Shown here piece by piece: positions 50,000 through 64,000 of a stretch of 64,000 bases of DNA. Made by a program: the position numbers and the translations under genes. Numbering within the stretch: position 1 is the stretch's first letter; the number at the start of each line of letters is the position of its first letter. The notes under the pieces are model-generated. The model saw only the letters and a program-made list of their open reading frames with translations, made no database searches and was not told where the DNA came from. This DNA is from Octopus vulgaris (lineage: Eukaryota), in the NCBI GenBank assembly GCA_951406725.2, contig OX597826.1, positions 53,072,001 to 53,136,000 of the forward strand, read 5' to 3'.

Positions 50000-50619
50000 G
50001 TATCTAATGACAACAATATTTACCATTAAAACAAGCTTGTTTAATCATTGACATGTTTATGAACTGGAAGTCTATGGTTACCATACACATTGTTTATTAA
50101 CAACCAAATGGGGGAGCTTCTATATTATGAAATGACAGTCAGATGTCCGTCCTTCACATCACATCCTTCCAATTTAAAGAGCAGAAAATATGTGGGGAAG
50201 GGCCAATCAGTTAAATGGATTCCAATATCTGAATGGTATTTTATCAAGTCCTGAAAGATGAAAGGCGCACTTGACTATTTAAACTCAAAACAAAGGTCCT
50301 TTATTAAATAACACTGGGTCCTTAGTCTGCTGCTCTAATGATTCTGTCGATTTCACACTATTAACATAGTGTCTATGTTTATCATGAAGATGATGTTTAA
50401 GTTAATCATTGATGTTTGTTTACACCGAACATGATAGTCACTGTATCTAATAACAATAATATTTACCATTAAAACAGGCTTGTTTAATCATTGACATCTT
50501 TATGAACAGGAAGTCTATGGTTACCATACATATTGTTTACTAACAACCAAATATGGGAGCTTCTATGTTATGAAATAACAGTCAGATGTCCTTCACATCA
50601 CATCCTTCCAATTTAAAGA
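50000..50619. repeat. ~180-bp direct duplication (50000-50180 and 50443-50619)
   Basis: gtatctaat...tttaccattaaaaca...catccttccaatttaaaga occurs twice with few differences. Confidence 0.85.
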
Positions 50620-52129
50620 AAGGAAGGGTATGCTGGATAATCGGTTAAAGCTTATTTAAGGATGAAGAAACTAAAGGTGAAAGTAAAGCGCGAAAGAAAC
50701 GAAAGCGAAACGACCACGATAGTAAAATTAATCCAGTGTGAATGATGCTGCATCCACATGTATATATATATTTATTGTAAATGCAAGTGATGTGTTACCA
50801 ACACATGATCTTGTTCTTGTTGCGGTGTGATGGCTTGCGCGCCTCAATGACCCTGGCAGCTATGCCAGAGATGACAAGCTCTTGTGGGGCTTTCTATGCT
50901 GAACAAGTCAAAATACAAATGCCAGACTCATATGGATCACTGATTCTCAGAGGTAAAAATGAGTTTGCGTAGGACCAACAACAACTATTTAGAAAAAAAA
51001 GAAAAGAAAAGAAAAAGAAGCAATTGATGAAAATTCAAAACCAACACAAAATGGTAGAGAAAACCTTCCCCTTTGGGAAACGTATGACACGGTGCAGCAA
51101 AATCCGAATGATGCTAGAAGAGAGAGCAGAAATCCAACAGGAGGGAGTAGAAAAGGAAGAAAGTCGTCGATGGTTTGGACCCCAAAAGGAGCGAAGACCT
51201 AAAGAAGTGATGTATTAAGCTAGTAGTACAGAAGCTGAATTACATCTTTTCAAAATAGTATCCTATGACTTGCAGTTCGATGCAGCCTGTCGAAGATGGT
51301 AACTATGATCGCTGGTTGGGATTCATATGCCGGATTTGATGATAGAACTTATACATATAAAATTATTAATCACTCATAATGTTTCGTGAATCCAAATGAT
51401 GACACTGTTCATAGATCGACTATTGAAGTGAGATGGATGTTTGCAAAGAAAAAAACATAACGATAGCGAGTCCAGCAATACTTTCTTCGTTCCTTTTTAC
51501 ATGAACACACTTGAATGCATATTCACGAATCTTATTATAAGTGTGTCTTTATTCTTGTATTCTTTTATTGGTTTTAGCCACAGGACTACGGCCATACTGG
51601 AGCAACCTGGTACTAATTTTATCGATCTTTAATTGTTGAAACGCTAAGTTATAGCGTATAAAGGTACACAACAAAAACAACAAGACCGATTTTATACATA
51701 CATACATACATACACACATACATACATATGCATGTACGTACGTACATACGTACGTGCAAACATACATGCATACATACATACATACATACATACATACATA
51801 CATACATACATACATACATACATACATACATACATACATACATACATAAACAAATATACTTTCATACACACATACGTGAATACATACTAAATACAAACAA
51901 GCGTTAAGTCATTCACACATACAAGGGTATGCCGAAAAGAAGTTCCTGGCTTTGGGTAAAAAAAAAAAAATACAGGAGTGTCACTAAATTATAATTTTAT
52001 TCAACATATTTCCGTCTCAGATTAACATGCTTATTGTAGCTGTTCTTCAGTTTTTTCTAAATCCTGTAAAAGAACTCAGAAGGTTGGTCTTCCAACCAGG
52101 CCTTTCACGACACCCTTAAACCCAAGAAC

Positions 52130-52690
52130 TTCATGTACAGTAATAAGCGAGAATTTGTCAGAAGGCCTCCAGGAAAGCGAAACAACTGACGTTACACGAC
52201 ACAAACAGAAATGTTTGGGAGTAAGAGTCTGATGCTTTGGGGATACATAAAAAGGGATGGTTCAAGAAAGTTTGTTAAAGTTGAGGGTAACTTGAATAGT
52301 GCCATCCAGCTGCTGAAGGACAATTTGATACGAGATTTGGATGAAGGTGAGATTTTTCAACTTGACGGAGCTCCATGCCACAGATTGCATGTAACACAAC
52401 AGAGTCTGGCTGATGAAGGCGTTATTGCATTGAAATATTGGCCAGCTGAGAGCCCTGACTTAACTATCATCGAGCAAATGTGGACAGAACTAAAGAGAAG
52501 GGTTCGTCAGAAGAATTCACGCAGTCTTGAAGAATTGTGGGAACTCAGCCAAAGAGAATGACATCTCATATTTGTGAAAATGGTGAAGGATTTGTACATG
52601 TCTCTATTTAAGTCCACTGAAGCAATTATTCAAGCTAAGAGAAGCCAAACGAAATATTTTCATTGTAGATATTTTTCTGTTTCAAAACAC
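52130..52690 (+). mobile_element. Decayed Tc1 (DD34E) transposase fragment
   Basis: SLMLWGYI, IFQLDGAPCH, WPAESPDLTIIEQMWTELKR, IIQAKRSQTKY. Confidence 0.85.
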
Positions 52691-52788
52691 TGTGTGTGTG
52701 TGTGTATGTATATATATATATATATATATATTTGTTCCACGTCCTCGCGTTGTTGTGTTTTTTTTTTGTGCTTTCTTGTTTGGATTAA

Positions 52789-52857
<69 letters not shown>

Positions 52858-52904
52858 TGTATGTATGTATGTATGTATGTATGTATGTATGTATGTATGT
52901 GTGT

Positions 52905-53127
52905 GTGTGTGTGTCTGTGTATCTGTGTTTGCCCCCCTCAACATCGCTTGACAACCGATGCTGGTGTGTTAACGTCCCCGTTACTTAGCGGTCCGCCAAA
53001 AGAGACTGATAGAATAAATACTAGGCTTACAAAGAATACGTCCTGGGGACGATTTGGTCGACTAAAGGCGGTGCTCCAGCATGGCCACAGTCAAATGGCT
53101 GAAACAAATAAAAGAAGAAAAGAAAGA
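52905..53127 (+). mobile_element. 3' half of SINE family D
   Basis: tcgcttgacaaccgatgctggtgtg...gctccagcatggccacagtcaaatggctgaaac. Confidence 0.8.
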
Positions 53128-54419
53128 ATATATATAACTACTTATATGAATAAGCGTTTCCTCCAATTCTCTCGCTGGAGAAAATACGTTTGAATAGAGA
53201 ATCGAACAAAAAACGTGCTTAAGTAGTAAAATGTAATAAACTGCTCGAAAATAACATTCCATTTCGAGTTTAATGTTGGTATTACATTATTCAAGGCTAT
53301 TTGAATATTGTAGGACCATGAGAAACTCTTTCAACCTTGACAAAGAAAAAAAAATGAAAAAAATAACGTGCGTAATAGCTATTCAAGGGAAGCTACTCTG
53401 TTTGTCTTTATTGATATTTATAAGAGTAGCTTCCCTTAACACAATCTTTTTAGTATTCATTTTTTTGGTATTTATGAATCGAAACCGTTGTAAGAAGGTG
53501 CACCCCAGCAAACAATGAAGATCCAACATAACCCTACTGCAACTTTAACATTTTCTCTATTTTTTTTATGTAAGGAGAAGAACTGGGTGATATATTAGTA
53601 CATTAAAGATATTTCTTTGTGTTTATTTTATGCCAAGGATATTTAAGGTAAGGGAGATAATCAAGGAGTAAACGAATATTTAACTGTTCTATAGTATCAT
53701 TTATCTTTTGTTTCAGTCATACTGGGGCACCACATATATATACTACTCACATACATACATGCATGCATGCATACATATGGACATACATACATACATACAT
53801 ACATACATACATACATACATACATACATACATACATACATACATACATACATACATACATACATACATAGTTGCACACTCATACAAATATATATATACTA
53901 CTCACATACATACATGCATGCAAGCATAGATATGGACATACATGCATGATGACAGTCCGTTATCGAGTATGGCCATTGCACGAAGCTTAACTGTTATTGG
54001 TGCTGTGATCGAATGTGACTTTTATTTGCTTTTTAAGGCTACAGCCAGCCATTCATTTGAGACTCACAGCACCATCAACAATCATGAACAATGTTGTTAT
54101 CGTGCAATGCCTGTGCAAGAAGATTTTTTTAAAGTGAGGAAAGGCTGTGCACTGAGTCAATCCCACTCACTAAGCAACAGCAGCCATAATCCGAAAAGAA
54201 GAACACGTCAACATCATCGGTAACCACTGAGCTGCAGGTTTTATGTCGGAGTTATCCCAGTAACCCGAGTTACCTTCTCCTAGAAGGATGCCCTAACAAA
54301 GGCTAGGAGTCCTTCACTCCCAATGGTTTAACCGCGCGATCGGGTATTCAGTCCGATTATTTCTATGTCCCCGCGCATGATACAGCCTTAAGCCTTAAGA
54401 GAAAAAAAAACACACACAT

Positions 54420-54660
54420 TTTCGAGAAGTCTATCATTTAAATATATATGAGCATGTCGAGATATGTAAGTATACGCATGAGAAGATCTGCAGAAAACAA
54501 AACATACAAATCTGCACATATATATACATACAAAAATACCCTGTTATACTGTTGAAATTCCGATGAAGGAATCTTGAATCCAAGTTAGAAAGTGACTCTT
54601 TCTCCATTTGGCAAAAAACGGCTCTTCTAGTGACAAGAAATCTTGAAATAAAACATAATA
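54420..54660 (+). mobile_element. 3' UTR fragment of the RLE-type LINE also seen at 58079
   Basis: agaagtctatcatttaaat...aaaataccctg...gttgaaattccgatgaagga...aagaaatcttgaaataaa aligns with 58218-58438; followed by a long (CATA)n tract. Confidence 0.7.
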
Positions 54661-55359
54661 ATCACATACATACATACATACACATACACAATACATACAT
54701 ACACAAAACATACATACATATACACATACATACATAAGCATCACATACATATACATAAAATACACACATACATACACACATACGTACATAGACATCACAT
54801 ACATACACATACATGCATACACTCATACATACACACATACATACATACATACATACATACATACATACATACATACATACATACATACATACTTACAGAC
54901 ACATATACTTGCTTACACACATAGACACATACATACACACACACACATACACACATACATACATGCATACATACATGCATACATAGATACATACATACAT
55001 ACATACATACATACATACATACATACATACGTATGTAGTACGTACATAAATACATACATACATACATACATACATACAGACACATATACTTGCTTACACA
55101 CATAGACACATACATACACACATACATACATACATGCATACATACATACATACACACATACATACATACACACATACATACATACATACATACATACGTA
55201 TGTACGTACGTACATACATACATACATACATACATACATACATACATACATACATACATACATACATACATACATACATACATTTTGGCATAGTTTTCAT
55301 CTGCCAAATCCCTCTCACTTGGTGTTGGGCAAACTTAGATTATATTCTTTTATTTTGTA

Positions 55360-55730
55360 CTTTTACTAGTTTCAGTCATTAGAATGTGGCAATGCTGGGG
55401 CATCGCCTTGAAGAATTTGTTATGAAACGAATGCATCTCACTGTCATTCTTGAAAAAGCCCAGTACTTATTCGCTCTGTGTCTTTTGCAGAACCGCTAGA
55501 TTACGAGGACGTAAACAAACCAACAGTGATTGTTAAGCAATGGGACGGGAGACAAAAACAAACCCTAGAGACACACATACACGCACATGCACACACACAC
55601 ACACACACACACGACGGGCTTCTTTCAGTTTTCATCTATCGAATCCACTCACAAGGCTTTGATCGACCCGAGGCTATAGTAGAAGACACCTGCCCGAGGT
55701 GCCACGCAGTGGGACCGAACCCAGAACCTT
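55360..55730 (-). mobile_element. SINE family D
   Basis: Same head and tail motifs with central (CA)n. Confidence 0.8.
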
Positions 55731-55896
55731 GCTCGCGCCTAAAGGAAAATAATTGTTCTAAGTATGGTGCATAGGAATCTATTTAACCCTACAACCATGC
55801 CTGAACTTAGATATTTCGACAACGAAACAAAAATGAGGAGATAGTTACGGCTAGAATGCCTTTTAACAAAGGAGCTGGACTGTAACTATATAATAT

Positions 55897-55947
<51 letters not shown>

Positions 55948-56016
55948 AATCACATCTTTTTCGCCTTTCTATCTCCCACTGTCGGTTAGTTAGACAGTGA
56001 GTCTGCCAGTTCCGCT

Positions 56017-56048
<32 letters not shown>

Positions 56049-56073
56049 AATATTTGTTGAAATAATCATGTGA

Positions 56074-56120
<47 letters not shown>

Positions 56121-56142
56121 CGCGCGCGCATGTAGTTTTTAT

Positions 56143-56380
56143 TATTCTTTTATTACTCGTTTCAGTAATTTGACTTTCAGCCATACTGGAGCAGCCCCTT
56201 AAAGGGCTTTTAGTCGAAGAAATCGACCTCCCAAAACTTATTCTTCGTAAGCCTAGTACTTATTCTATCGGCCCCTTTTGCCGAACTGCAAATTTACAGG
56301 GACGAAAGCACACCAACATCAGTTGTCAAGCGATGACAGGGGACAAAAACGCAGACACACGTAAATATATACATTTGTAA

Positions 56381-56465
<85 letters not shown>

Positions 56466-56655
56466 TGTATGTATGTATGATTGTATGTATGTATATATAC
56501 GACGAGTTTCTTTAAGTTTACGTCTTGCAGATTCACTTGCAGGGCTTTGGTCGGCCAGCGTGTGGCTATTGAAAAGGCACTTGCCCAAGTTTCCACGCTG
56601 AACACGGAACCGTGTTGTTGGTAAGCAAACTTCTTACCATGCACCTACGCCTGTG
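56143..56655 (-). mobile_element. SINE family D with expanded internal (TA)n/(TATG)n
   Basis: Tail at 56143-56360, microsatellite at 56380-56500, head at 56500-56655. Confidence 0.8.
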
Positions 56656-56656
56656 C

Positions 56657-56737
<81 letters not shown>

Positions 56738-56750
56738 CATATATATATAC

Positions 56751-56844
<94 letters not shown>

Positions 56845-56848
56845 ATCA

Positions 56849-57247
56849 GGAGTGGCTGTGTGGTAAGTAGCTTGTTCACCAACCACATGGTTCCGGGTTC
56901 AATCCCACTGCGGCGCATCTTGGGCAAGTGTCTTCTACTATAGCCTCGGGCCGACCAAAGCCTTGTGAGTGGGATTTGGTAGATGGAAACTGAAAGAAGC
57001 CCGTTGTATATATGTATATATATATATATGCGTGTGTGTGTTTGTGTGTCTGTGTTTGTCCCCCTAGCACTGCTTGACAACCGATGCTAGTGTGTTTATG
57101 TCCCCGTTACTTAGCGGTTCGGCAAAAGAGACTGATAGAATAAGTACTGGGCTTACAAAAGAATAAGTCCCGGGGTCGAGTTGCTCGATTAAAGGCGGTG
57201 CTCCAGCATGGCCGCAGTCAAATGACTGAAACAAATAAAAGAGAGTA
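56849..57247 (+). mobile_element. SINE family D, full length (reference copy)
   Basis: ggagtggctgtgtggtaagtagcttg (A box), gggttcaatccc (B box), CORE-like cttgggcaagtgtcttctact, internal TA/TG tract, tail aatgactgaaacaaataaaagag. Confidence 0.9.
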
Positions 57248-57305
57248 AAGAGTATATATATATATATATATGTATGTTTATATATATATATATATATATA
57301 TGTAT

Positions 57306-57379
<74 letters not shown>

Positions 57380-57382
<3 letters not shown>

Positions 57383-57500
57383 ACTGGCATATACAACTGG
57401 CACTCTGTCTGTTACGACGACGAGGGTTCCAGTTGATCCGATCAACGGAACAGCCTGATCGTAAGATTAACGTGCACGTGGCTGAGCACTCCACAGACAC
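57380..57500 (-). mobile_element. 3' fragment of SINE family B/C
   Basis: gttacgacgacgagggttccagttgatccgatcaacggaacagcctg...gagcactccacagacac. Confidence 0.75.
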
Positions 57501-57862
57501 ACTGTTATTTAGTATAAATATCAATACTTCCTACCTTCACTCTCTATTATAAATATAAACCGTTATTTCAGGATAAAGAAACACCATATAGAACATGCAT
57601 AACACAGTGACCTCCCTTGCGACACGAATACCTATGAGCGCACAATTCCTATTATTTTTCTGACTACAATTTCACATTCCACGTTTGGTGTTACTCTTGT
57701 TTTAATATTTTAATTAAAGCAATATATGTGACATTTTAAAGAATAATGTGTTTAAATGACTTATAACGTGCGATAACTGTGGCACTTAACATTTAAATGT
57801 GAATGATTTAATTACTGCGTCTTTAAATTTTCCTAAATGTAATACATGCAATATACATATAC

Positions 57863-57931
<69 letters not shown>

Positions 57932-58078
57932 CACGCATACAATACAATATAATACAATGCATACATACATACAACCATCCATCCATCCATCCATCCATCC
58001 ATGCTTGTATACATACATACATACATACATACATACATACATACATACATACATACATACATACATACATACATACAT

Positions 58079-58445
58079 GGGACCCTGGAACATGTAACAC
58101 ACTGCCTAAATACCAGTCTTAAGAAATTCGGCTTCTCAAAACCAGAAAGGAGAAAGCTAATTCGAAGACTACGGATCCAGTCCATCACTGGAACTGTAAA
58201 AATCTGTAAAACTTTCCAGAAGTTTATCATTTAAATATACATCAGCATGTCTAGATATGCAACTATATGCTTGAGTATACATGCATAAAACAAGACATAG
58301 AAATCTGCACACATACATACATACAAAACAAAACAAACAAAAATACCCTGCTGTTGATGTTGAAATTCCAATGAAGGAGCCTTGAATCTAGGCTAGAAAC
58401 CGGCTCTTTCTCTATAGGCAAGAAATCTTGAAATAAAGCTATACA
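58079..58445 (+). mobile_element. 3' end of an RLE-type (R2/R4/NeSL/Hero group) non-LTR retrotransposon
   Basis: GTLEHVTHCLNTSLKKFGFSKPERRKLIRRLRIQSITGTVKICKTFQKFII* resembles the G.LG...L..LG...LQ....GT.KI C-terminus of restriction-like endonuclease LINEs; then a UTR ending in aataaa. Confidence 0.65.
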
Positions 58446-58682
58446 ATGACATACAAACATCTGTTGACATCACAACAATTTGTTAAACTTTCGAGAAAAC
58501 ATGAATTCATTTTTTTTTGGTATTTTTCAAAGAGCTCACATAAACCTATAAAAGACAATGTTTGAATATTGAGTTGAAAACATTTTGCGAAAGAAAATGT
58601 CGTCTTTTTCTATCTCAAACGACTTTTTATCCCAATGTTTACACGCTTTTATTTATAGCTTCAGGTATACATCCCTTTACCC

Positions 58683-58829
58683 TAGCAGTTCGGCAAAGTG
58701 AACGATAGAATAAGTACAGGACATAGAAAATAATTATAATAAGTACTGGGATCGATTCTTCGTGGCAGTATCCCAGCATGAACGCAATCTAATGACTGAA
58801 ACAAGTAAATGATAAAATATTTTTGTACA

Positions 58830-58918
<89 letters not shown>

Positions 58919-59085
58919 ACACACACACACACACGCACGACGGCCTCTTTCAGTGTCCGTCTACCAAATCCACTCACAGGGCTTTGGTCGGTTCGAGGCT
59001 ACAGTAGAAGACACTTGCTCAAGGTTCCACGCAATGGGACCGAACCCGTAACCATGCGGTTGGGAAGCAAGCTTCTTACCACACA
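58683..59085. mobile_element. Two SINE D halves in opposite orientation joined at (CA)n
   Basis: Tail on the + strand at 58683-58810; head on the - strand at 58938-59085. Confidence 0.7.
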
Positions 59086-59170
59086 CAGTGTGTGTGTGTG
59101 TGTGTGTGTGTCTGTATGTATGTACGTATGTATGTATGTATGTATGTATGTATGTATGTATGTATGTATG

Positions 59171-59228
<58 letters not shown>

Positions 59229-59489
59229 TGTATGTATGTATGTATATATGTATTCGATATTCCTCCTTGTGTTTGTGAAATCTTGAGTCCCTGCCGTAAG
59301 GCTTCAATTTCACAGACGCAAGCTTAATTTAATTCGTCCTTAGTCGAAAGACACCTGTTGTTATGTCCTGTTATTATTGTTATTGTATTTGTGTAACATT
59401 GTCCGTTTTTTCCCGTCCTTATTTTTGTATACATTCGCTGCTGTCTTCCAAGGAATCTAATGCTCTTAGCTTAGTTTTTCGTTGGGGCT

Positions 59490-59930
59490 GGTCAGATTGG
59501 ACGGGAAAGATACGCAGTGATATATATCTGGAAAATCCTGGAAGACCTTGTTTCCAAATTTTGGCATTGAAAGTTACACAAACAGCAGAACAAGGTACCA
59601 CTGTATAGTGCCAAAGATCCCAGCATCACCATCAAAATACAGGACCAGATGCTGCAACAGCTTGCATTTCAAGAGCCCGCTTCTCTTCACTATCCTTCCA
59701 AAATGCCTGAGAGATTTGCATGGTGTAGATGTAGGTGCCTTCAAAACAAAACTGGAACTCTTCCCGTTAAGGGTTCTAGATGAACCTACCTCACGTCAGG
59801 AAACACAGATGAGAGCGGCAGCATCAAACTCCCTCATTCACCAAATGTCATATTTCAGAGGAAGCTTCAAATAATGATGTAGTCCAGCCAACGGAGGTGC
59901 CTCAGCTTGGCAGCCGCTTTAAAGTTGAGA
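59490..59930 (+). mobile_element. CR1/L2-group LINE ORF2 C-terminal fragment
   Basis: RERYAVIYIWKILEDLV, then NFGI...LLFTILPKCLRDL..VDVGAFKTKLELF...VLDEP...AAASNSLIHQ. Confidence 0.75.
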
Positions 59931-60000
59931 AAAGTTAAAGAGTTTATGCATATAAATATGCATATGCGTATATGTACATACATAATAATACATACATACA

Positions 60001-60386
60001 TGGAAGCACTCCGTCGGTTACGACGATGAGGGTTCCGGTTGATCCGAATCAACGGAACAGCCTGCTCGTGAAATTAACGTGTAAGTGGCTGAGCACTCCA
60101 CAGACACGTGTACCCTTAACGTAGTTCTCGGGGATATTCAGCGTGACACAGAGAGTGACAAGGCCGGCCCCTTGAAATACAGGTACAACAGAAACAGGAA
60201 GTAAGAGTGAGAGAAAGTTGTGGTGAAAGAGTACAGCAGGGATCACCACCATCCCCTGCCGGAGCCTCGTGGAGGTTTTAGGTGTTTTCGCTCAATAAAC
60301 ACTCACAACACCCGATCTGGGAATCGAAACCGCAATCCTATGACCGCGAGTCCGCTGCCCTAACCACTGGACCATTGCGCCTCCAC
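60001..60386 (-). mobile_element. Full-length SINE family B
   Basis: Reverse complement of 21045-21438; atacata on both flanks. Confidence 0.9.
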
Positions 60387-60696
60387 ATACATATGTATTA
60401 TTCGACAGGAAAAAAGTTCAGATAAATTACCATTAAAGAACGCCCTGGCTTTCGTGTTCTCATGCAAAACCGGAATCAAGTCTAAATTTGTTAGGACAAC
60501 GAAACTTCTTTAACACTTTACATAGACCTGATCTGTTGAGTGTGTGAAATAACCTAGGTGAGACGAAGGAAGTAGTGGCACAAGTCAAATTACTGGCTCA
60601 ATAGACTTTAGCTGAATTTGTCGAACACAAAATATCACGACGCTTGTTCAGATTGATTTCCACAGTGGCAAATGACATTCTCCCAGAAGTTCAACT

Positions 60697-61400
<704 letters not shown>

Positions 61401-61789
61401 CGCACGTACTGACAATACAGAATCCTTATGTTATTTAGGAATGGAACCCATATCCGCCAATTTAAATGTTGTTCTAATTGAGATAGCATAACATTTAAAC
61501 TGGAGAATACGGATTTTTATTCTTAAATATCATATTCACTCTATGGTTTGTACAAACACGCACTCATACAAACACACGCATACGCACACATGCATGTACA
61601 TATGCACATATGCGCGCGCACGAACACGAACACACACAAACATACAGGCGTATACATGCTCGCACATACTCGCGCGGAAATTTGATAGAGCGAACAGGAG
61701 AAATAGAACTCAATACATGAGTGCATACATTAAAAAAAAAATTTTAATCGGCAGTAAGTTACAAAAGTGACTGAAGTGCCGGAAGTTTC

Positions 61790-62317
61790 ATGTATGTATG
61801 TATGTATGTATGTATGTATGTATGTATGTATGTATGTATGTATGTATGTATGTATGTGTGTGTATGTATGTATGTGTGTATGTATGTATGTGTGTATGTA
61901 TGTATGTATGTGTGTATGTGTGTATGTATGTATGTATGTATGTGTGTGTGTGCATGTATGTATGTATGTATGTATGTATGTATGTATGTATGTATGTATG
62001 TGTGTGTGTGTGTGTGCATGTATGTATGTATGTATGTATGTATGTATGTGTGTGTGTGTCTGTGTGTATGTATGTATGTATGTATGTATGTATGTGTGTA
62101 TGTATGTGTGTGTGTATGTATGTATGTGTGTATGTATGTATGTGGGTATGTATAAATGCATGTGTGTATATGTATGTATGTAAGTAGCATTTATGTAGGT
62201 AGGTATGTATATGTGTGTGTATGTATGTATGTATGTATAAATGCATGTGTGTATATGTATGCATGTATGTATGTGTGTATGTATGTATAAATGTATATAT
62301 ATATATATATATGTATG

Positions 62318-62350
<33 letters not shown>

Positions 62351-62460
62351 GTATTTATGTATGTATGCAAGTATGTATGTATGTATAAATGCATGTATTT
62401 ATGTATGTATGTATGTATGTATGTATGCAAGTGTGTATGTATGTTTGTATGCATGCATGA
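61790..62460. repeat. (TATG)n/(TG)n microsatellite field; similar (CATA)n fields at 51695-51850, 53745-53945 and 54660-55282
   Basis: Direct reading. Confidence 0.95.
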
Positions 62461-63126
62461 TTGTCTGTATCTACCTCAGGTAGATAATGGAAGCTTGCTT
62501 CTGGTTGCCTAATAGTATGCTTCTGGTTGCTTAACAGCTTGTCTCTGGTTGAGGAAGCCTGTCTTAGTGAATGCCTACTTATGTGCTAATATATATATAG
62601 CTTTAACTGATATCCTGTACTCTCATCTTGAACGTGATTTATAAAACTCTGAATTGAAACTCTGGTATATTTAACCAAACAATATTTGTGAACAATTTCT
62701 GAGCTATGGTAGAGACGTTTTATCGCTTCGGTTGTTGCTAATATCTGCAAGACAAAACCTTGAATCTGCTGAGAAGGAAGATGAGAATACCGAACCACTG
62801 TTCTTTTAGAAACAGTAATTTCAGTACTGATTGATATCTTTACAAGCGGAATGTTTTCTGAAATTTGACCACAGTTTAACTCGGTTGTCTGTTGTTTTGG
62901 TGTTTGTTTCAGCGCAATCAGTCTTTGCACTACATGCAACTTCTAAATCTGTTGAATAAGAAGAATTTGTTGCGTCATTAACTTTACCAAACATAATTAA
63001 ATTCTACAGAAGCTGGCACTTTGAGGATGTTTGGGCCCCAAGAGTTTTCCGTTTCTTCCATAACTGCTACAAACTTCTCTTACCCTTTTTCCTTTCTCAA
63101 GAATTGTCGTATATATATATATATAC

Positions 63127-63186
<60 letters not shown>

Positions 63187-63187
63187 A

Positions 63188-63415
63188 TCTTTATTGCCCA
63201 CAGGGGCTAAACATAGACGGGACAAAGAAGGACAGACAAAGGGATTAAGCCGATTACATCGACCCCAGTGCGTAACTGGTACTTATTTAATCGACCCGGA
63301 AAGGATGAAAGGCAAAGACAACCTCGGCGCAATTTGAACTTAGAACGTAACGGCAGACGAAATACGGCTACGCATTTCGCCCGGCGTGCTAACGATTCTG
63401 CCAGCTCGCTGCCTT
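63188..63415 (-). mobile_element. SINE family A variant
   Basis: Close match to 38040-38265. Confidence 0.85.
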
Positions 63416-63449
63416 TTATTTAAATATATATATATTCCTTACGCACACA

Positions 63450-63511
<62 letters not shown>

Positions 63512-63603
63512 TCATTAGATTCACGTCAACATTTAAATCTAATTTGCCAAAATATTTTCTTCGCTTTCAGACCGCGACCTGATCATTGACAAATTCCATG
63601 CTG

Positions 63604-63687
<84 letters not shown>

Positions 63688-64000
63688 TATGTATGTATGT
63701 ATGTATGTATGTATATGTATATATATGTGCATACACATATATCGTTTTTTTTAGAAAAACATAAAAACGGAGAAGAAGCACACTCTAAGTAGTAGAGCAG
63801 TTTATTTTTATTACTGGTGAAGGCCGACGGGTGGCGTAGCTGATAGAGGACGACATAACCGGAAGCCGATGACCAGTCGATGACCACCAAAAGTGGGAGA
63901 TAACCCCCCTTGCTTATATCTAGTTCGTTTCCCCCTCCATACTTTAAAGAGGCCATCGGCCAGCAAGTCTTACGGTCTGATGATATGCCACGAGATACTC

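Noticed and set aside
53945-54400. Possible RTE-related non-autonomous element
   Set aside because: Only a vague resemblance (accttctcctag...aaggct) with no second copy or TSD in the window.
58366-58408. Hammerhead-like motif in the RLE LINE 3' UTR (CCRATGA...hairpin...GAAACCGG)
   Set aside because: No U16.1 after CCGG, no stem I, and the core differs between the two copies.
62586-63100. 117-aa minus-strand ORF and surrounding complex sequence
   Set aside because: No recognisable motif or splice context; may be a decayed repeat, cannot be supported.
63780-64000. Possible LTR in reverse orientation, plus a CTGATGA motif
   Set aside because: Cut by the window edge; no second LTR, PBS or GAAA partner is visible.

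Overview
AT-rich, repeat-saturated eukaryotic DNA. The SINE families, microsatellite load and transposon spectrum suggest an octopod cephalopod; this is inference from remembered repeat families, not a database result. There is one host gene, a compact 3-exon Nova/Pasilla-family triple-KH splicing regulator (+ strand, CDS 29600-29953, 30543-30937, 31399-32305; 551 aa) in a short repeat-free island. The most striking non-genic structure is a ~7.4 kb hierarchical satellite (38827-46220). It combines a ~11-12 bp periodic A/T-tract matrix, ~13 copies of a ~65-70 bp GTCGAC box, hairpin-headed arrays of a 32-bp unit, and oppositely oriented outer arms. It joins a truncated L1/Tx1 LINE to a truncated maT/Tc1-mariner element. 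The rest is decayed Tc1/mariner, Helitron-like, Penelope-like, CR1-like and RLE-LINE fragments, several tRNA-derived SINE families (some with perfect TSDs), MITEs and microsatellites. Penelope-associated remnants carry minimal hammerhead ribozyme motifs, one with a U3:A8 compensatory core. Almost all ORFs in the supplied track are microsatellite or repeat artefacts. Repeat boundaries are read by eye and approximate unless a TSD or splice site is quoted.
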